Shown here piece after piece: positions 53,798-56,698 of a DNA stretch of 56,698 bases. The position numbers and the translations under genes were made by a program. Below the pieces are notes generated by a model, which did not search any database, was not told the origin of the DNA, and was given only the letters and a program-made list of their open reading frames with translations. Source of the DNA: an uncultured Bacteroidales bacterium (lineage in GTDB: Bacteria > Bacteroidota > Bacteroidia > Bacteroidales > UBA3824); assembly GCA_946409405.1 (NCBI GenBank), contig CAMJWL010000002.1:1-56698 (forward strand), written 5' to 3'. Numbering within the stretch: the first letter of the stretch is position 1; every line of letters starts with the position of its first letter.

Positions 53798-54760
53798 TTA
53801 CTCCTCCTCAGACGCCGTAGGCGGCTGTTTGATGTACACTTCGAGGAGCGTGGTCTTGCCGTCGGGCAAGAAGCAGAGATTCTTTATGGCAGCGGGTATC
53901 AGCACCGTCTCGCCGCACTTGATTTCCACAGGCTTTTCCGACTCTTCGCACTCTATGCGGCAGCCGCCGGCAGTACACATATATATAATAAAAGAGTCAA
54001 TCTCCGGGAAATCCTTCTCCACAGGCTCGTCAAACTCAAACACATTGGTTGTGAAATACTTGCAGTCAACCACATTGACGGTAGAATTGACCTCCGAAAC
54101 ATAGTCGGTGCGGTAGTTGTTGTAAAATTTGTAGTCGATGGCATCCACGGCGAGGTCGGTATGGAGCGGACGGGTGCGCCCCTCGGAATCGCGGCGGTTG
54201 TAGTCATAAATGCGGTAAGTAACATCCGAAGTCTGCTGAATCTCGGCAATATGATTGCCGCCGCCAATGCCATGCACACGGCCAGCCGGGATGAAAAACA
54301 CATCGCCGCGCTTCACCTTCACCTTGTTGAGGATGTCCAAGAGACGGCCATGATTGAGGGCGTCGAGGTATTCTTCCTTGCTCATCTCACGATTGAAACC
54401 ATTGATGAGCTCCGCGCCATCCTCACAATCAAGCACATACCACATCTCCGTCTTGCCAAACGAATTGTGGCGTTCAGCCGCCAATTCGTCGCCGGGATGC
54501 ACCTGCACAGAAAGACGGTCGCGGGCGTCGATAAACTTGATGAGCAGCGGAAACTCGTTGCCAAACTTCTCATAAACGCTGTCGCCCACAAGGTCGCCCA
54601 TATAAATTTCAAGCAACTCGTCGAGCGTATTGCCTGCCAAAAAGCCATTGGCAACTACCGACACGTCGCCCTCCACACCAGAAATCTGCCAACTCTCGCC
54701 GCCCCAAATCTTAGGCTTGCGAATAGGCTCAAATTTAATCGGATACAAATTATTTTCCAT
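53798..54760 (-). CDS. manA: Class I mannose-6-phosphate isomerase
   Basis: Start taken at MENNLYPIKFEPIRKPKIWGGESW (ATG 54760), not the track start at 54844. LSVQVHPGDE, KTEMWYVL, VFFIPAGRVHGIG and EIQQTSDVTYRIYDYNR are type-I PMI motifs. Confidence 0.85.
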   Translation of the reverse strand: MENNLYPIKFEPIRKPKIWGGESWQISGVEGDVSVVANGFLAGNTLDELLEIYMGDLVGDSVYEKFGNEFPLLIKFIDARDRLSVQVHPGDELAAERHNSFGKTEMWYVLDCEDGAELINGFNREMSKEEYLDALNHGRLLDILNKVKVKRGDVFFIPAGRVHGIGGGNHIAEIQQTSDVTYRIYDYNRRDSEGRTRPLHTDLAVDAIDYKFYNNYRTDYVSEVNSTVNVVDCKYFTTNVFEFDEPVEKDFPEIDSFIIYMCTAGGCRIECEESEKPVEIKCGETVLIPAAIKNLCFLPDGKTTLLEVYIKQPPTASEEE

Positions 54761-54841
54761 ATAATCAATTAATATTTTGTTATTTCGGCTTTCGGTATTA
54801 AATTTGCATTTTGTAAAACACACGCATCCACAAGCCGGACG

Positions 54842-54849
54842 CAAAGATA
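54842..54849 (-). promoter_or_regulatory. Candidate -7 box (TATCTTTG on minus strand) for manA
   Basis: Plus-strand CAAAGATA, 82 nt upstream of ATG 54760. Confidence 0.4.
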
Positions 54850-55046
54850 CTAATAAAATCCGAGCCTACGGCAAGCAAAACTTAATGTTTGCGCGATGTG
54901 ATTGTGCATCAGAAAGTTGCAACCGAAAAAAAAATTATATAAAAAAATTTTCGCAAAAAAATTTGCATATAAAAATAAAAGTATGTAATTTTCTGATTTG
55001 AAAAAATACCATTGTAACGCACGTACAAAAATCAACATACAGGCTT

Positions 55047-56698
55047 ATGAAAAGGCTAAATTTAGGCATAAAGACCAAACTGAACCTCATTCTGCTGTGC
55101 TCCATCATCCCCTTCGCGGTGGTGGGGTTGGCTTTTGGCATTCTGCTTTTCAAAAATAGCGACTACGACAAATACGCCGCCAAGGTGATTGAAATCAAAC
55201 TGTCGTACCTCCACTTGAAAGAGTACGAGCAGTCGTTTCTGCTGTATTATCCGAGCGACAACGTGTTCTTCAAGACCAACGAAAACGAGTATCTGCGCAA
55301 GTTTGAACTCGAAAGCAAGGTGCTTAACAAGGATCTCGACGAACTCCTCAACCTGCCAACGACCACAAACCTCGAACTCGGCGACAAAATCTACATGCTC
55401 AAAGAGAACGCCGACAGTTATGGCGACATCCTGAAACTCACCGCGTCCAAGATTTACCAGCGCGGCTCGTTCCAGACGGGCATCATCGGCGAGATAGAGC
55501 GCAGTTACGCCAACGCCGTGAGCCAGCAGTCGTTGCCCCTCAACGTCCTCACCTCGCTCAAAGAGATGGAGGTGCAGTACATCAACAGGAAGGACATGAC
55601 CTTCTACAACGATTTTATAGAACTCTACACGCAGTACCTCGGCAACGTGCCAGGCTCTCTGGACGACATAGACCTTGCAACGATAGTGCGCTCCGACACC
55701 ACCCGCGCCGATTCGATTGCACACGCGGCTGTCAACCCCCAAAACCTCAAAAACGCCGACAAGATAAAGCCCGTCAACGACATGAAGCGTTACTTCAACG
55801 CATTGGCTAAGATAGACAAGGAAATCGGCTTCAACCGCGAGGAAGGCCTTCTGTTTGACCTGCAAATAGAAAAGTCGAAACTCGAAACCATAGACGAAAT
55901 CATCAAGTACGTGGACGAAAAACGCGAAAACACCGCCCAAAACATGCGCAACCTCTATATCGCCATCGTGATATTGATGCTGCTCGCGATGTTTGTAACG
56001 CACATCAGGATTTCCAAGTTTATAACCAACGCCATCGACAAACTCAGCGGCTACGTTACGCAACTCAGCAAGGGTATCCTGCCCGACAAGGAAATCGAAA
56101 TCCACAACAACGACGAACTGTCGGACATGGCGGCAAACCTCAACACCTTTGCCCGTGGCTTGAAACAGACCACCGAATTTGCAACGGCAATCGGCGCAGG
56201 CAACCTCGACACCGAATTCAAGCCGCTCTCCGAAAGCGACATCCTTGGCAATTCGCTCCTCGAAATGCGCAGCAACCTCTACAAATCGCAACAGGAAGAC
56301 GAAAAACGCCAGCACGAAGACGAACTCCGCAAGTGGGCCAACGAAGGTTTGACGCAGTTTAGTGAAATCCTCCGTCAGAGCACGAGCAACATCAAGGATC
56401 TCTCCAACAACGTCCTCAAAAACCTCATCCACTTCCTCGGTGCCAACCAAGGCGGCTTGTTCCTCTACAACGACACCGACAAGGAGGACATCCACCTCGA
56501 ACTCGTGTCGTCCTACGCCTACAATCAGGAGCGCAAGAAGAAGAAAAAGATTTACCTCGGCGAAGGCCTCATCGGTACGTGCGCCATCGAAAAATCATAC
56601 GTATATCTCACCGACCTGCCCGACGACTACCTGACCATCACATCAGGCCTCGGCGCGTCCAATCCGAGCAGCCTCCTTATAATGCCGCTCAAAGTGGA
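55047..56698 (+). CDS. MCP-like HAMP-GAF sensor, a paralog of 6145-8724 (partial; runs off the window)
   Basis: Absent from the ORF track because there is no stop in the window. Manual translation from ATG 55047: MKRLNLGIKTKLNLILLCSIIPFAVVGLAFGILLF... A second TM helix (LYIAIVILMLLAMFV). HAMP (NNDELSDMAANLNTFARGL). GAF (GANQGGLFLYNDTDKEDIHLELVSSYAYNQERKKKKKIYLGEGLIGTCAIEKSYVYLTDLPDDYLTITSGLGASNPSSLLIMPLKV). Track ORF 55062-56495(-) is its antisense shadow. Confidence 0.85.
   Translation, partial: MKRLNLGIKTKLNLILLCSIIPFAVVGLAFGILLFKNSDYDKYAAKVIEIKLSYLHLKEYEQSFLLYYPSDNVFFKTNENEYLRKFELESKVLNKDLDELLNLPTTTNLELGDKIYMLKENADSYGDILKLTASKIYQRGSFQTGIIGEIERSYANAVSQQSLPLNVLTSLKEMEVQYINRKDMTFYNDFIELYTQYLGNVPGSLDDIDLATIVRSDTTRADSIAHAAVNPQNLKNADKIKPVNDMKRYFNALAKIDKEIGFNREEGLLFDLQIEKSKLETIDEIIKYVDEKRENTAQNMRNLYIAIVILMLLAMFVTHIRISKFITNAIDKLSGYVTQLSKGILPDKEIEIHNNDELSDMAANLNTFARGLKQTTEFATAIGAGNLDTEFKPLSESDILGNSLLEMRSNLYKSQQEDEKRQHEDELRKWANEGLTQFSEILRQSTSNIKDLSNNVLKNLIHFLGANQGGLFLYNDTDKEDIHLELVSSYAYNQERKKKKKIYLGEGLIGTCAIEKSYVYLTDLPDDYLTITSGLGASNPSSLLIMPLKV

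Noticed and set aside
55062-56495. 477-aa minus-strand ORF
   Set aside because: Its composition (Val/Glu/Phe/Gly-rich, no motifs) is typical of an antisense shadow. The plus strand encodes a clear HAMP-GAF sensor homologous to 6145-8724. That gene is missing from the track only because it has no stop inside the window.

Overview
The window is 56.7 kb of Bacteroidota chromosome, probably Bacteroidales. Evidence for that: T9SS cargo and PorP/SprF genes, a SusC/SusD PUL, TAnnTTTG -7 promoter boxes, and the uppS-bamA-ompH-ompH-murI core cluster. I cannot assign a species. All calls rest on reading the ORF translations and the DNA by eye; no database search or fold prediction was run.

Gene order, left to right:
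1. Minus-strand signalling operon: an MCP-like 4HB/HAMP/GAF/PAS sensor, a GAF-PAS PP2C phosphatase, a SiaB-like kinase, a SiaC-like DUF1987 protein, then an ABCG-type exporter with an unusual N-terminal extension. It is divergently paired with an orphan CheR methyltransferase.
2. CheR heads a plus-strand cluster: a T9SS type-B cargo, a PorP/SprF-OmpA fusion, a T9SS type-A mini-cargo, a tail-fibre-like protein with an S74 intramolecular-chaperone domain, and a small membrane protein.
3. Housekeeping genes: rsmG, a sigma factor, a GT2, tgt, and an Rpn-family nuclease.
4. A giant, frameshifted surface-protein gene of about 2,190 codons made of eight 672-nt CUB-like/InlB-B-like repeats.
5. lptF/G-like, dprA, a galactan-type PUL (SusC, SusD, a four-repeat SusE/F-like protein, GH53), a decaying HigB/HigA pair, murI, 2x OmpH, bamA, uppS, a beta-barrel protein, an SGNH hydrolase, and an ECF sigma with a membrane-anchored PKD protein that ends in a T9SS type-B CTD.
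6. A second giant surface protein (1,637 aa, GLUG/beta-helix repeats) on the opposite strand.
7. An acyl-ACP thioesterase, manA, and a second HAMP-GAF sensor paralog running off the right edge.

Most interesting observations:
- The SiaABC-like partner switch has no diguanylate cyclase. It is coupled to CheR, to sensors that lack a methyl-accepting domain, and to an ABC exporter.
- The two giant genes share their 3' ends plus about 130 nt of 3' flank, as inverted repeats about 21 kb apart. The shared flank includes a 28-nt perfect palindrome and a REP-like hairpin.
- An anti-sigma-like protein carries a T9SS sorting domain.
- A cellular tail-fibre gene sits inside a T9SS operon.

No rRNA, tRNA or CRISPR array was seen.
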